64,000 nt of DNA. Origin: Promethearchaeota archaeon. GTDB lineage: Archaea > Asgardarchaeota > Heimdallarchaeia > Hodarchaeales > Hodarchaeaceae. The translations under genes and the position numbers were made by a program. The DNA lies in assembly GCA_048938105.1 (NCBI GenBank), contig JBHLMN010000008.1, positions 160,001 through 224,000 of the forward strand, written 5' to 3'. The number at the start of each line of letters is the position of its first letter. The first letter of the stretch is position 1. Positions 39,362 through 49,421 of the stretch are shown one piece after another. The notes under the pieces are model-generated. The model was not told the DNA's origin. It worked only from the letters and a program-made list of their open reading frames with translations, and did no database searches.

Positions 39362-40366
39362 TTGAAGATTAAACTTATTGCCATATCTGATCTTCACCAA
39401 GGCAATCCAGTCTCTCTTCCTAGCAATATTAGAGTGGTTCAACAGGAAAAATTATTGCAAAATCTTATTCAACGTAAACCAGATGCTATTCTAATTGCTG
39501 GTGATCTTCAAGACTACTTTTGGAATCTAGGAATGGATACGCACCATATTAATCAAATTAAAGACCAATTGAGGAATGACCCAGTATTTAATGCTTTGAA
39601 CAAAGGAAAAGTTCCAGTTTATTTCATTTGGGGAAATACGGATGTTATGGATTTTGAAAAAGGAAAACCTTACCATGAAACTCCCGTGACTGATGAGTTA
39701 CGTGAGTGGTTTTGTAATACATTTCCTAACCTTCAAGATTGTCATAATAAAGTCAAATATATCAAAGGGATTCCGGTATTGGGATATGCTGATGCGAATA
39801 AAACCACAGATGATCATTCTGGAAAATGCTGGGATGAACCTGCAATCCTCAAAGACTTTCAACATATGATCCAAGGTTTACGTCCAGAGGAAATCCAACA
39901 AACCATCTTTTTCACTCATACCCCCCCTCGGGGTCTCCTCGACTTTTCTAGTCTGGGAGGGCGTCACATTGGGTCATATTATTTGCGAGAGCTTATTGAA
40001 GAATTTCAACCACTTCTTTCAATCTTTGGCCACGTCCATTATTGTGGAGGATATTCAGAATATATAAATAAAACCCAATGTATCAACGTTTCGTCCTTTG
40101 GACTAGTAGTTTCACACGAAATACTTTTTGGGCAAAGTGCTTTTGAGCTCCAAATTAATCCAGATAAAGAGGTTACTTCTACAACAATGATTGTTTCACA
40201 CTATTGGGAAGGAAACCAGAAAAAAGCATTTGTTGAATATCGTCATTGCCAAATTTGTGGAAGACACACTCCATTTGCTCGAAAACAGTTCAAAACCTGT
40301 CGCGTTTGTCTAGGCGCACGAAGGATAGAGGATAGTCAAAAGGAAATCACCAGAAATGATTGGTGA
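39362..40366 (+). CDS. Calcineurin-like metallophosphoesterase with a C-terminal Cys4 zinc ribbon
   Basis: SDLH, AGDL, GNTD, THTPP and FGHVH motifs; C-terminal CQIC...CRVC. Confidence 0.8.
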   Translation: MKIKLIAISDLHQGNPVSLPSNIRVVQQEKLLQNLIQRKPDAILIAGDLQDYFWNLGMDTHHINQIKDQLRNDPVFNALNKGKVPVYFIWGNTDVMDFEKGKPYHETPVTDELREWFCNTFPNLQDCHNKVKYIKGIPVLGYADANKTTDDHSGKCWDEPAILKDFQHMIQGLRPEEIQQTIFFTHTPPRGLLDFSSLGGRHIGSYYLRELIEEFQPLLSIFGHVHYCGGYSEYINKTQCINVSSFGLVVSHEILFGQSAFELQINPDKEVTSTTMIVSHYWEGNQKKAFVEYRHCQICGRHTPFARKQFKTCRVCLGARRIEDSQKEITRNDW

Positions 40367-40378
40367 TTACAAGCATGA

Positions 40379-41476
40379 TTATTGGAAATTGTATTCATCT
40401 AATCTTAGTTCTTTTTGCATTATAAGCATATCTTGAAGAATTGACGAGTTAATAGGAATACCTGTTTTATGACGATCAATCTCCATTTCATATTCCTTTT
40501 CACCAGCAGTATATATCCTAGTTTGACCTGGAGCCTTTGTAGAGTTTCTTAATCCTCTCACAATATCTCCTGCGATCTTTTGGAAAGTATTGAGCGGAAG
40601 GAAGCTCTCGATGTTTATGGCTAGGAAGAAATGACCCAGTTTATACCCCTTCTCAAGAGTTAAATCTTTCATAAAGGGGCCTCCTGTTAAGGCAGCAGAT
40701 AATATTTCAACAGCAGTTCCATATCCATATCCTTTATGTCCACCAAGGATTTCACCAACCCCTCCTAAAGGAAGTAATGCTGCTGTTCCTTTGATCAAGT
40801 CATTTAGTATGGTAACTGTATCTGTAGATGTTTCACCATTTTCTTTTATCACCCAACCTGATGGAGTTGGTGTTTCTGTCCTTGCTAGGACTTCTATCTT
40901 ACCTCGTTGAGTTATTGAGGTAGCACAATCAATAAGAAAAGGAAAAGGTTCATCTGTTGGGCAACCGATAGTGAGAGGATTAGTACCAAGCATAGGTTCC
41001 ACTCCAAAAGTAGGAGCAATAGACGGACGAGCATTTGTTATTGTTATCCCGATCATTCCTTCATTAATTGCCATAAGTGCATAATAACCAGCTATACCAA
41101 AATGAGTTGAATTTCTAACTGCAACAGCTCCTGTTCCATACTGCTGAGCTTTTTTTATTGCTAATTCCATCGCACGAAAAGCTGCAACATGTCCCATCCC
41201 ATGACCTGCATCTATCAATGCAGTGGTTTCTGTTTCCTTAACTATCTCCAATTTTGTCTGGGGGTTTTGAATATTGGCAATAATACGATCATAATACATT
41301 TTTAGTCTTTGAACACCATGAGATTCTATTCCTCGAAGATCTGAACTTATGAGGATATCAGCACAAATTTTTGCTTCTTCTTTTGGCACTTTAAGACCAA
41401 TGAAAACATCTTGCATAAAACTATGTAAAGTTTTAACATCTATGAATATAATATTTTCAGTCATTAGGTTCCACAC
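40379..41476 (-). CDS. Ldh_2 family oxidoreductase (malate/L-lactate/ureidoglycolate dehydrogenase type)
   Basis: DLRGIESHG, NSTHFG, GTNP and GGHKGYG motifs. Confidence 0.88.
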   Translation of the reverse strand: MWNLMTENIIFIDVKTLHSFMQDVFIGLKVPKEEAKICADILISSDLRGIESHGVQRLKMYYDRIIANIQNPQTKLEIVKETETTALIDAGHGMGHVAAFRAMELAIKKAQQYGTGAVAVRNSTHFGIAGYYALMAINEGMIGITITNARPSIAPTFGVEPMLGTNPLTIGCPTDEPFPFLIDCATSITQRGKIEVLARTETPTPSGWVIKENGETSTDTVTILNDLIKGTAALLPLGGVGEILGGHKGYGYGTAVEILSAALTGGPFMKDLTLEKGYKLGHFFLAINIESFLPLNTFQKIAGDIVRGLRNSTKAPGQTRIYTAGEKEYEMEIDRHKTGIPINSSILQDMLIMQKELRLDEYNFQ

Positions 41477-41626
41477 TCATAAAAATTAAAATATTAATGA
41501 AGAATTAGTAGTTCAATCAGAATGCTTTAAAGCTTCATTGCATTTATCAATTTTTACAGAACAAACATAAAGATTCATATGAACTAATACTGAAAACATA
41601 ATTATCATTGAACGGGTTGGATTTTC

Positions 41627-42163
41627 ATGAATAACTTAGCTTTAGTGGTCATTGATATGCAAGTAGGAAATTTTACTGGACTAAATCCTATTTATAAGGG
41701 GAAAGAATTACTCTCAAATGTCCTTTCGTTGATAACTCGAATTCGATCTCTTGATGCCCCAATTATTTATGTGCAAAATAACGGTAAAAAGGGTGACCCT
41801 GATGAACCAAGTACTCCAGGATGGGATATTCATCCTATTATTGCCCCCATTGAAGGGGATATTGTAATTCAGAAGTCGACACCTGATGCTTTCAATCAAA
41901 CCTCTCTAAAATCCGAACTAGAAAAGATGAAAATTGATAATTTAATTATTGTTGGCCTTCAATCTGAGTACTGTATTGATACTACGTGTCGGAGGGCTTT
42001 TAGTCTTGGTTATGAAGTAGTCTTGGTTGAAGATGCCCATAGCACATGGGATTCCCAGCTTCTTACAGCACAACAAATTATCAAACATCATAATAATACA
42101 TTAAGTGGATTCTTTGTCACCCTAAGAAAGACTAATGACATAATCAAAGATAACAAACTATAA
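41627..42163 (+). CDS. Cysteine hydrolase (isochorismatase family)
   Basis: LVVIDMQ, K...DAF, GLQSEYCIDTT and DAHST motifs. Confidence 0.88.
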   Translation: MNNLALVVIDMQVGNFTGLNPIYKGKELLSNVLSLITRIRSLDAPIIYVQNNGKKGDPDEPSTPGWDIHPIIAPIEGDIVIQKSTPDAFNQTSLKSELEKMKIDNLIIVGLQSEYCIDTTCRRAFSLGYEVVLVEDAHSTWDSQLLTAQQIIKHHNNTLSGFFVTLRKTNDIIKDNKL

Positions 42164-42188
42164 AATGTAATCAATAGTCTATCCAGAT

Positions 42189-43631
42189 TTAATTTAGATT
42201 GTTTTTAGCTATTTTATCTAAGTCTCGTTTCAATTGGTCGTCTATTGGTTGTATGTTAGGACGTTTACTTAATTTCATTGCTATTTCTTTCGCTCTTTTC
42301 CGTGCTGATGTTTCACCACTTGCTTTCCATGAATCACGAGTTTCTCTGTTTATTACCTGGAAACCATCAATTAGAAATGGAATATAAAGTTCTTTTCTAA
42401 ATAGCTGCAGTGTTGTGGGGTGTGATAAAAGTGAAACGCTAGGATCATAATCCATGAGGACTTCCTGAGCGAAAGGTTCACCATGATCTGTAATTCCTTG
42501 AATAAGTCTCTTTACCATACCTGCAATCTCATTATCAATGACTACCTTCTCAAAACTCTGGGTCGACTCAAAATCTAACATCCCAGGCCCAGATATCATA
42601 TTGATTCCTGCAAGTCCTGCTAGAAGAGCTCCCATACCTCCCTCGAACCCAGCTTGGGCATCTGGGACTTTGGAATCAGATAAAGTCATATAAGCATGTG
42701 TTGGGAGTTTTAAGAACTTCCCCATTTGAGCATCTGCAATATTTATCATCATTGTTTCAATAGCACCCATTGGAGTTGTACCAAATTTCATATCAAATAC
42801 AGCTGGGGATCCCCCCCATATAATCGGTGCCTTTCGTTTTGCAAGTTGAGCAATTACAAGGCCCGCTAAACTCTCTGCTGTATGTTGAGTAACACAGCCA
42901 ATTAATGAAATAGGGGCGGTTGATCCAGCAAGAGGCATACTTACGAATTCGGATGGAATTCCACTTTTTGCTGCATCAATTACGGATTGTGTGGTAAGAT
43001 CTGACCACATGAGAGGAGGACTTGGACAAGCATCAAAGATAGCAAGTGGTTTTTCCTCTAACTTTCTATCAGAAGTTCTCATTACTTCTAATAGATCACG
43101 CATAATCGTAAAGCTTTCTTTTCGAAAAGTCCCTGTAATAACAGGTTTAGAGCAGTTTAATAAAGCGAGATATAATCGGTGCCAATCTTGGGCCTCTGGT
43201 GGGACATCTGAATATACAATAGCTGTTGATTGAGCATCAAGATAAGTTAAATGCTCAACAACTCTTGAAAACATAATAAAGTCGGATGATAAGGCCTCTC
43301 GGATATTTCTTGTTTTTAAATCTTGGATATATATTGCTGCGGACCCAGGATCAAAATGAATATTGTCTGTGGATAAATGAATCTTTTCTTTCCCATTTCG
43401 GTCGAATAAAGTTATTTCAGAAGGAACATGAGCTCGTAATTTATCGATTAAATCCTCAGGAATGAAGTAGCTCAATCCTTCATGGTTAACGCCCTCTTCT
43501 TCTAATAATCTCTGTGCTTCAGAGTTTTCAATCACTACCCCTTGAGTATGAAGGATAGATTTCGCTTCTTGAAAGATCTTTTTTATGTATTCATCTGTTA
43601 ATAATTCGATTTTTGGTCTTAAGATAGTCAA
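42189..43631 (-). CDS. MttB-superfamily (trimethylamine/quaternary-amine:corrinoid) methyltransferase, pyrrolysine-free
   Basis: SPPL.W, PLAGSTAP, DSKVPDAQAGFE and S.EK.VIDNEI motifs; no in-frame amber codon. Confidence 0.85.
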   Translation of the reverse strand: MTILRPKIELLTDEYIKKIFQEAKSILHTQGVVIENSEAQRLLEEEGVNHEGLSYFIPEDLIDKLRAHVPSEITLFDRNGKEKIHLSTDNIHFDPGSAAIYIQDLKTRNIREALSSDFIMFSRVVEHLTYLDAQSTAIVYSDVPPEAQDWHRLYLALLNCSKPVITGTFRKESFTIMRDLLEVMRTSDRKLEEKPLAIFDACPSPPLMWSDLTTQSVIDAAKSGIPSEFVSMPLAGSTAPISLIGCVTQHTAESLAGLVIAQLAKRKAPIIWGGSPAVFDMKFGTTPMGAIETMMINIADAQMGKFLKLPTHAYMTLSDSKVPDAQAGFEGGMGALLAGLAGINMISGPGMLDFESTQSFEKVVIDNEIAGMVKRLIQGITDHGEPFAQEVLMDYDPSVSLLSHPTTLQLFRKELYIPFLIDGFQVINRETRDSWKASGETSARKRAKEIAMKLSKRPNIQPIDDQLKRDLDKIAKNNLN

Positions 43632-43634
43632 AGA

Positions 43635-44522
43635 TTATCCTCCTGTGAGTTTATCTATAATAATACGAAGCAATTGTATGTGGGTTGGTCCAGTACCACA
43701 ACATCCTCCAACAATCTGCCCATCGTGTTTGAGGATTTGTTCAAGGTCATTAACAAACTCCTGAGGAGTTTGTTTATATACTGATTTTCCATTTTCCAGT
43801 TGTGGATTTCCCGCGTTTGGTTTAATTGAGAGAGGATATTTTGGTGCTACAGTTCTCATGACTTGTATCAGTTCTCCGAAATCGTTACTACTTAGAGTAC
43901 AATTCGATCCAATAACTGCTACTCCAGTCTCGATCAGTTCAGAAACACAGTCAACTAAAGAATTCCCCATAACTGTAAAGTATCCTTTAGGAGTCTTTTT
44001 ATAAGTCATACTAGCAATGATAGGCTTATTTGATTCAATTTGAACAGCTAGAATTGCTGCTTTCATTTCTTGTATATCAGAGAAAGTTTCAATGTGCCAA
44101 GCGTCAATGAAGGGTGAAAGAGCACGTGCTTGCTTTTGAAAGCCCTGTTTTAAATCATTAATAGATGCCTTACCTACAGGTGGGAGGAATTCTCCACTAG
44201 GTCCAATATCACCTATCACGCATTTATTTGGAGGGCATACACTCCTTAATATTTCCCCAGAGCTCTTGTTAATATCTTCAAGAAGGTTCTGAATACCATA
44301 CTTTTCAAGAGCAACACCATTTGCTCTGAAAGTGGCAGTTTGAACTAAATCACTCCCAGCGTTGTAATATCGTTCAAAAACCTCCCTGATGACCTCAGGA
44401 CGATCTATGTTCCATTTATCAGGAGCTTCCCCAGGTTTTAAACCCCTACTCATTAGTTCAGTCCCCATTGCCCCATCAAATAATAAAATCTTCTTTTCCT
44501 TTAAGAGAGAGAGTAAGTCCAT
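43635..44522 (-). CDS. Homocysteine S-methyltransferase domain protein (stand-alone MetH N-terminal module)
   Basis: DGAMGT, IETFSD, GSNC, KPNAG and GGCCGTGP (Zn ligands) motifs. Confidence 0.9.
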   Translation of the reverse strand: MDLLSLLKEKKILLFDGAMGTELMSRGLKPGEAPDKWNIDRPEVIREVFERYYNAGSDLVQTATFRANGVALEKYGIQNLLEDINKSSGEILRSVCPPNKCVIGDIGPSGEFLPPVGKASINDLKQGFQKQARALSPFIDAWHIETFSDIQEMKAAILAVQIESNKPIIASMTYKKTPKGYFTVMGNSLVDCVSELIETGVAVIGSNCTLSSNDFGELIQVMRTVAPKYPLSIKPNAGNPQLENGKSVYKQTPQEFVNDLEQILKHDGQIVGGCCGTGPTHIQLLRIIIDKLTGG

Positions 44523-44550
44523 AAAACCTCATCCATTTATTTTCGTCGAT

Positions 44551-45207
44551 TTAAGAAAGACCAAGAAGTTGTTTCGCTTTAGTTACTGCAGCAACAGCAT
44601 TTTCTGCAAAACCATCTGCTTTACATTCTTCTACCCATTTTGAAGTAACAGGGGCGCCGCCAAGCATAACTTTGAATTTGTTTCTTATTCCCTTTTGTTC
44701 GAGTAATTCTATAACTTTCTTTTGACCTATCATGGTTGTTGTTAATAGAGCGGAAACTCCAATGAGATCAGCTTGATGTTTTTCTGCTTCAGTGATGATA
44801 ACTTCAGCTTTGACGTCCGCACCCAAATCGATAACTTCAAATCCATTGGCTTTCAACATAGTAGCTACTATAGTTTTCCCTATAGTGTGGATGTCACCCT
44901 CGATAGTCGCCATCACAACCTTACCTTTTGTTTCTCTCGCTTCAGAATCTTCAAGATGAGGTGTTATAATGTCCACTGCTTCTTGCATTACTTGAGCTCC
45001 TCTCATGAGCTCAGGAAGAAAGAATTCACCTGCATCCCATAAGTCCCCAACCCTTTTAATCCCTACACCAAAACCCTTTTCGATTGCTTCGAGTAAAGGG
45101 AGTTGTTCATCTAAAGCTTTTTGAGCGAGGCTTTTTGCTTTCTCCATATCGAGTTCAACAACACTTGCTGCCATTTCTTCGTAGATTGAGTCCATAATAA
45201 GCACCAT
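44551..45207 (-). CDS. Corrinoid (B12-binding) methyl-carrier protein, MttC/MtbC-like
   Basis: FLPEL cap, EGDIHTIGK (DxHxxG), SALLTTT and GGAP motifs. Confidence 0.9.
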   Translation of the reverse strand: MVLIMDSIYEEMAASVVELDMEKAKSLAQKALDEQLPLLEAIEKGFGVGIKRVGDLWDAGEFFLPELMRGAQVMQEAVDIITPHLEDSEARETKGKVVMATIEGDIHTIGKTIVATMLKANGFEVIDLGADVKAEVIITEAEKHQADLIGVSALLTTTMIGQKKVIELLEQKGIRNKFKVMLGGAPVTSKWVEECKADGFAENAVAAVTKAKQLLGLS

Positions 45208-45357
45208 TTAACTCAGTGATCAGAAATATCATTGATTTTTAAATTTAGTAGCAAAAGAATCGTTAATATTAGTTATCTATTTAAGTTTTCAAAATCTTTC
45301 TTTGGAGTAAAAAATGTGGAAAATCAGGTTTAGCGAACAAAATTAAATACTGATTAT

Positions 45358-46776
45358 TTATTGTAATCCTTTCTTGAATTCTTCCATTTGGATGACTCTA
45401 TTAGTTATTCGCGCTTCTTCTGCCACAAACGCCATTAAATGACTTTCTAGTGAAGCTTTGGCGCTCGTTAGGGGTTTTTCATGACCAAGGCGTAAAGAAT
45501 CAAGAAACGCTTTTATCAATCCAGGATCTCCACCACCATGCCCGCTTTCAGTATCAAATCGCATTTTTTGATCAATAATGATTTCTTCAGTCTCTTTAAA
45601 ATGATCATAAAAAACTAATTTTTCTCCTGTGGAAAGAAACTCTCCGATTAGAGAGCCTTTTGTACCATCAATGCGAATTGTGCGGCCTTCTATATGTGAA
45701 TGTCCATGCATTGTAAAAGTAGCAGTTGTGTTGTTTTCAAATTCAATAATAGTTACTTGATGATCTACAACGTCGTTATTAGCAAAATAAACACATTTCC
45801 CATAAGGACCTGTTCGCAAAGCTTCCCATTTTCCCTCTAAAGATAAATTTTCTGTAATGGTAGAAACTGGCCATCCTCGATATTCATAAACTTGTCGAAA
45901 GCGAGGAGCGTTCTTTAATTTTGTAAAGAGATGGGGATAGTTCAGGGCTATGTTTCCTATAAACTTTGGGAGGCCTGAACCTCCGATTTGTACAATACGA
46001 AGTAGAGGAATAATATCAATATATATCCGTGGGGCATAATATTTACAGGAGTCAGCTATTGGACACCCATCTAAACATCGTTTCGTTGCCCCTTCAGGGG
46101 CTTTTTCTGGTTTAAAATGTGTTAGGCTGCCAAATGAGCTTATAGATCGTGGTGGGTAACTTACAAGCCAATAAAGAATGTCTAAATCATGACATGATTT
46201 TGCTAGAATCATTGGACTCGAAATACTTTCTTTAGCCCAGTTTCCCCTAACAAAAGAATGGGCCATATGCCAGTAAGAGACGTTTTCTCTGAGATCAATT
46301 GTTATAATATCCCCTAATCGGCCTGATCGAATGGTTTCATGGATTTTAGTAAAAAAAGGAGTATACCGTAACACCTGAGCGATTATTAATTGTTGTCCTG
46401 TCTCCTCAGCCTTTTTCACTAAGAGGATGCATTCGGTAATAGTGGTGGCCATTGGTTTTTCTAGTAACACATGATAACCAAGGTTTAATGATTGTAATGC
46501 AGGTTTAGTATGCATCTGGTCTTGTGTACAGATAAAAGCTGCATCAGCTAGTTTGGAATCACTTAATAAATCCTCCCAAGTTTTAAATTGATATGAAGAA
46601 GGAATTTTATGGGCTTGAGCAAATTGTTTTCGTCGGATTGGGTGGGGTTCTGCGACTGCAACAATCTGGAGTTCTTCAGGATGATTTAACGCATATTGCC
46701 CATAAACTGATGTACCACGATTCCCAGCACCTACTATCACGGCATTTATGCACTCTTTTTCATGCAACACTTTCAC
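45358..46776 (-). CDS. Gfo/Idh/MocA family oxidoreductase
   Basis: GAGNRG, LLEKPM, HSFVRGNW, KSCHDLD and GHGGGD motifs. Confidence 0.88.
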   Translation of the reverse strand: MKVLHEKECINAVIVGAGNRGTSVYGQYALNHPEELQIVAVAEPHPIRRKQFAQAHKIPSSYQFKTWEDLLSDSKLADAAFICTQDQMHTKPALQSLNLGYHVLLEKPMATTITECILLVKKAEETGQQLIIAQVLRYTPFFTKIHETIRSGRLGDIITIDLRENVSYWHMAHSFVRGNWAKESISSPMILAKSCHDLDILYWLVSYPPRSISSFGSLTHFKPEKAPEGATKRCLDGCPIADSCKYYAPRIYIDIIPLLRIVQIGGSGLPKFIGNIALNYPHLFTKLKNAPRFRQVYEYRGWPVSTITENLSLEGKWEALRTGPYGKCVYFANNDVVDHQVTIIEFENNTTATFTMHGHSHIEGRTIRIDGTKGSLIGEFLSTGEKLVFYDHFKETEEIIIDQKMRFDTESGHGGGDPGLIKAFLDSLRLGHEKPLTSAKASLESHLMAFVAEEARITNRVIQMEEFKKGLQ

Positions 46777-46888
46777 AATCTTTTATAATGCTAGAGAGTC
46801 AATACTCTCCCCTTTCTTAGAACTTTATTTAGATTATCCTCAAGATTATAATTGTACTATTGGTATATGATTAGAAATAGAAGTGAAA

Positions 46889-47779
46889 TCAAGGAATTCT
46901 TCTTAAATAAGTTCTAACAATTATTAGGAGGATAAATCCGAAAAATATCATGAACAAATCAAAGCCAGGGGTAGTTTTACCTAGAATTTTATCTAAATCA
47001 GTTCTTTCCAACTCTAGATTTAAAGCAAACTCTGCATTATGAGATTGTTTGTAACTTCCTTCCATAGATGTAATTATTTCATATGTGAGAAGTACTCCTG
47101 TGTCTTTCTCCCAACGAAAACTTGCACTAAAGTCAAATTGAAGACTAATTTCCTCTTCTATATTTGTCATGTTCCCTTCATAACGGATCCACATGTGATA
47201 ATCGTGCTCATTATCTGCGTCATCTAGTTTTAGAATTGTTTCCATTCCTTCTAATGCTCCTGGGAGAGTAGATTGGTTCCAGATTTGTAAAGGAGAAGAC
47301 AATAATTTGTCTACAGGTACTAGAAAAACCCAATCACCGATAGTGACTCCTGAATTACTGAGTAAGAATTCATATCCAGTGCCTAGGACTCCACGACCTA
47401 ATGATTCTTGGATTCCATATTCAAATAGTGTTTCTGAACTATTAGCTATCACTGAAGTATTCCCCCAGCTGAGCTGGTAGGTTGTTATTTCCAGATTTGT
47501 TTTATTAGTAGAAAGAACTGTCATAATTATTTTTTCTTTTTCAGGAACTAAGTCATCCCCTAAGCGATAACCTTCTGTCGAAGATATAACATCAAATAAT
47601 CCAGTAGAATATTTGAAATATCGAGATGCTTTTTTTACGATGAAAGTCCAAGAATCGTCTGGTTTAACTCCAAATGAATGATTGGAGGCGCTAGAATAAA
47701 TGAATACCGTACTTAGTAAAATCAAGGAAAAGAGAATGCTAGAGACAACCCAATAAAAACGTTTAGATTTCGATCTCAC
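46889..47779 (-). CDS. Secreted surface protein with a C-terminal PGF-type anchor (possibly choice-of-anchor S-like)
   Basis: Signal-like N-terminus; 'WEKDTGVLLTY'; ends TTPGF-TM-RR. Confidence 0.6.
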   Translation of the reverse strand: MRSKSKRFYWVVSSILFSLILLSTVFIYSSASNHSFGVKPDDSWTFIVKKASRYFKYSTGLFDVISSTEGYRLGDDLVPEKEKIIMTVLSTNKTNLEITTYQLSWGNTSVIANSSETLFEYGIQESLGRGVLGTGYEFLLSNSGVTIGDWVFLVPVDKLLSSPLQIWNQSTLPGALEGMETILKLDDADNEHDYHMWIRYEGNMTNIEEEISLQFDFSASFRWEKDTGVLLTYEIITSMEGSYKQSHNAEFALNLELERTDLDKILGKTTPGFDLFMIFFGFILLIIVRTYLRRIP

Positions 47780-48013
47780 CTTAATCGAGATACATCCTGA
47801 TTGGCCTAACTTATATAATTTTAGAAGAAGGAAGTAGTTTTATCTTCCATAAATCAATTTATATTTCTTCTGATTGTAGAAGACAAAGAATTCAACATAA
47901 TTAAGGGAAATGATGGTGAATCCTATTTATTATTATTTATTGTCATATTTTGCTCCGAATACTGTGATTTAAAGATAAAATGTTTAAATCTTATATTATT
48001 AGCTTTTTTTATA

Positions 48014-48469
48014 CTAAGAAGCAGGTTCTATCTTGATTTCATAATTAACCGCTGGTTTTATATGTTTTCCAATAATACAATACTTTGGAATCAAATCACA
48101 AACCCTTTGCAGAAGAAATACATCTCCACTAATATTGATCTTACATTTGATTGTAGAAAATTCATAGTCATTTTTTGATGTATTAAACAGAATTTCGGCT
48201 GAGGTGGTGACCTTGAGGGTTTCAGGTTCAGTACGGAGGCTATCACATAATTGGAGTATTGTACTCAACGTACACGTAGCAACAGCAGCTAGAAACAAAT
48301 CCTCAGGTGAGGGATGATTGGTACCTCCAAAAACTGGAGGGCAGCTGAAAGGTAAAGGCTCTTTCCATTCTGTTGTGATAAAAGATCCCTTTCTCTTCTC
48401 CTCCCAGGTAGCAACGGTCTTTATGACAAAACTCTTAGCTTCAGGTTTAATCATGGTTAAAATTTCCAT
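48014..48469 (-). CDS. OsmC/Ohr family protein
   Basis: PPVFGG, SPEDLFLAAVATC and a second Cys in KYC. Confidence 0.8.
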   Translation of the reverse strand: MEILTMIKPEAKSFVIKTVATWEEKRKGSFITTEWKEPLPFSCPPVFGGTNHPSPEDLFLAAVATCTLSTILQLCDSLRTEPETLKVTTSAEILFNTSKNDYEFSTIKCKINISGDVFLLQRVCDLIPKYCIIGKHIKPAVNYEIKIEPAS

Positions 48470-48605
48470 TTAATTTCTGATTAATTGCCTTGAGGGTTAT
48501 TGACACATTTATCTTAGGATTTATGTTTTTAGAGTGTTTTGTTAATTTACTACCTCAAGATTAAAAAGATAGTTAAATAATAGAAAAAAAATGGAATGAG
48601 TTAAT

Positions 48606-49421
48606 ATGGAAGAAATGCCAATTAATTCAATCATAAACGAAGATTGTCTGATATTCATACCAAAATACATACCTGATGAATCCATTGATATTATTATTAC
48701 AGATCCTCCGTATGGTATATCATCTGGCAATAAGCTGTCAATGAAAAATATCAAGAAGCAACAGGGCTTTGGCGGGGATTGGAATATAATGAATGAAGAC
48801 TGGGATACGTTTTCGTTTCGTGATTATTCTATCTTAATTGAGAAAATGTTGAAAGAAAGCTATAGGGTTCTAAAACCAACAGGAACAATATTTGTGTGTG
48901 GGACCTATCACAATATTGGAATAATTAATTACTATGCTCTTCAAACTAATTTTAATATCATAAACGAGATTATCTGGTTTAAACGAAATGCTTTTCCTAA
49001 TTTGTCACAGAAATGCCTTACAGCCTCTCATGAGAATATTTTGTGGTTAGGTAAATCCGATTCTTGGAATTATAATTATGAGACCATAAAACAGACAAGT
49101 TACCCTTTTGATAAATTAAAAGAACCAAAGAAACAGATGAGATCTGTTTGGGATATTCCTAATAATAAAGAGAAGGACGAATTAGCTTATCGGAAAGCGT
49201 TTCCTGACAAATCATATTGGATAATGTCTCAAAAACCTCTTCGACTTGTTGATCGATGCCTTGAAATCACTGCTAAACCAGGAGATATTGTGGCTGATTG
49301 GTTTAGTGGTGCAGGAACCACCTTACTGTCTACTTTGAATCATTCGTTATCATTTATTGGTTGTGAAATCAACCCAAATTATGTTGAAGTGATTCGTTGG
49401 CGTCTAGACCAGTTAAAGTAA
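48606..49421 (+). CDS. Beta-class amino DNA methyltransferase (probably m6A; DpnA/CcrM-like), orphan
   Basis: Catalytic TDPPY precedes SAM-binding DWFSGAGTT; RVLKPTG, YHNI, PNLS, KQMRSVW and QKP motifs. Confidence 0.85.
   Translation: MEEMPINSIINEDCLIFIPKYIPDESIDIIITDPPYGISSGNKLSMKNIKKQQGFGGDWNIMNEDWDTFSFRDYSILIEKMLKESYRVLKPTGTIFVCGTYHNIGIINYYALQTNFNIINEIIWFKRNAFPNLSQKCLTASHENILWLGKSDSWNYNYETIKQTSYPFDKLKEPKKQMRSVWDIPNNKEKDELAYRKAFPDKSYWIMSQKPLRLVDRCLEITAKPGDIVADWFSGAGTTLLSTLNHSLSFIGCEINPNYVEVIRWRLDQLK

Noticed and set aside
42189-43631. Pyrrolysine-containing trimethylamine methyltransferase or methanogenesis marker
   Set aside because: The ORF is full length with no in-frame TAG, and no pyl, mcr or CoM-methyltransferase genes are in the window.
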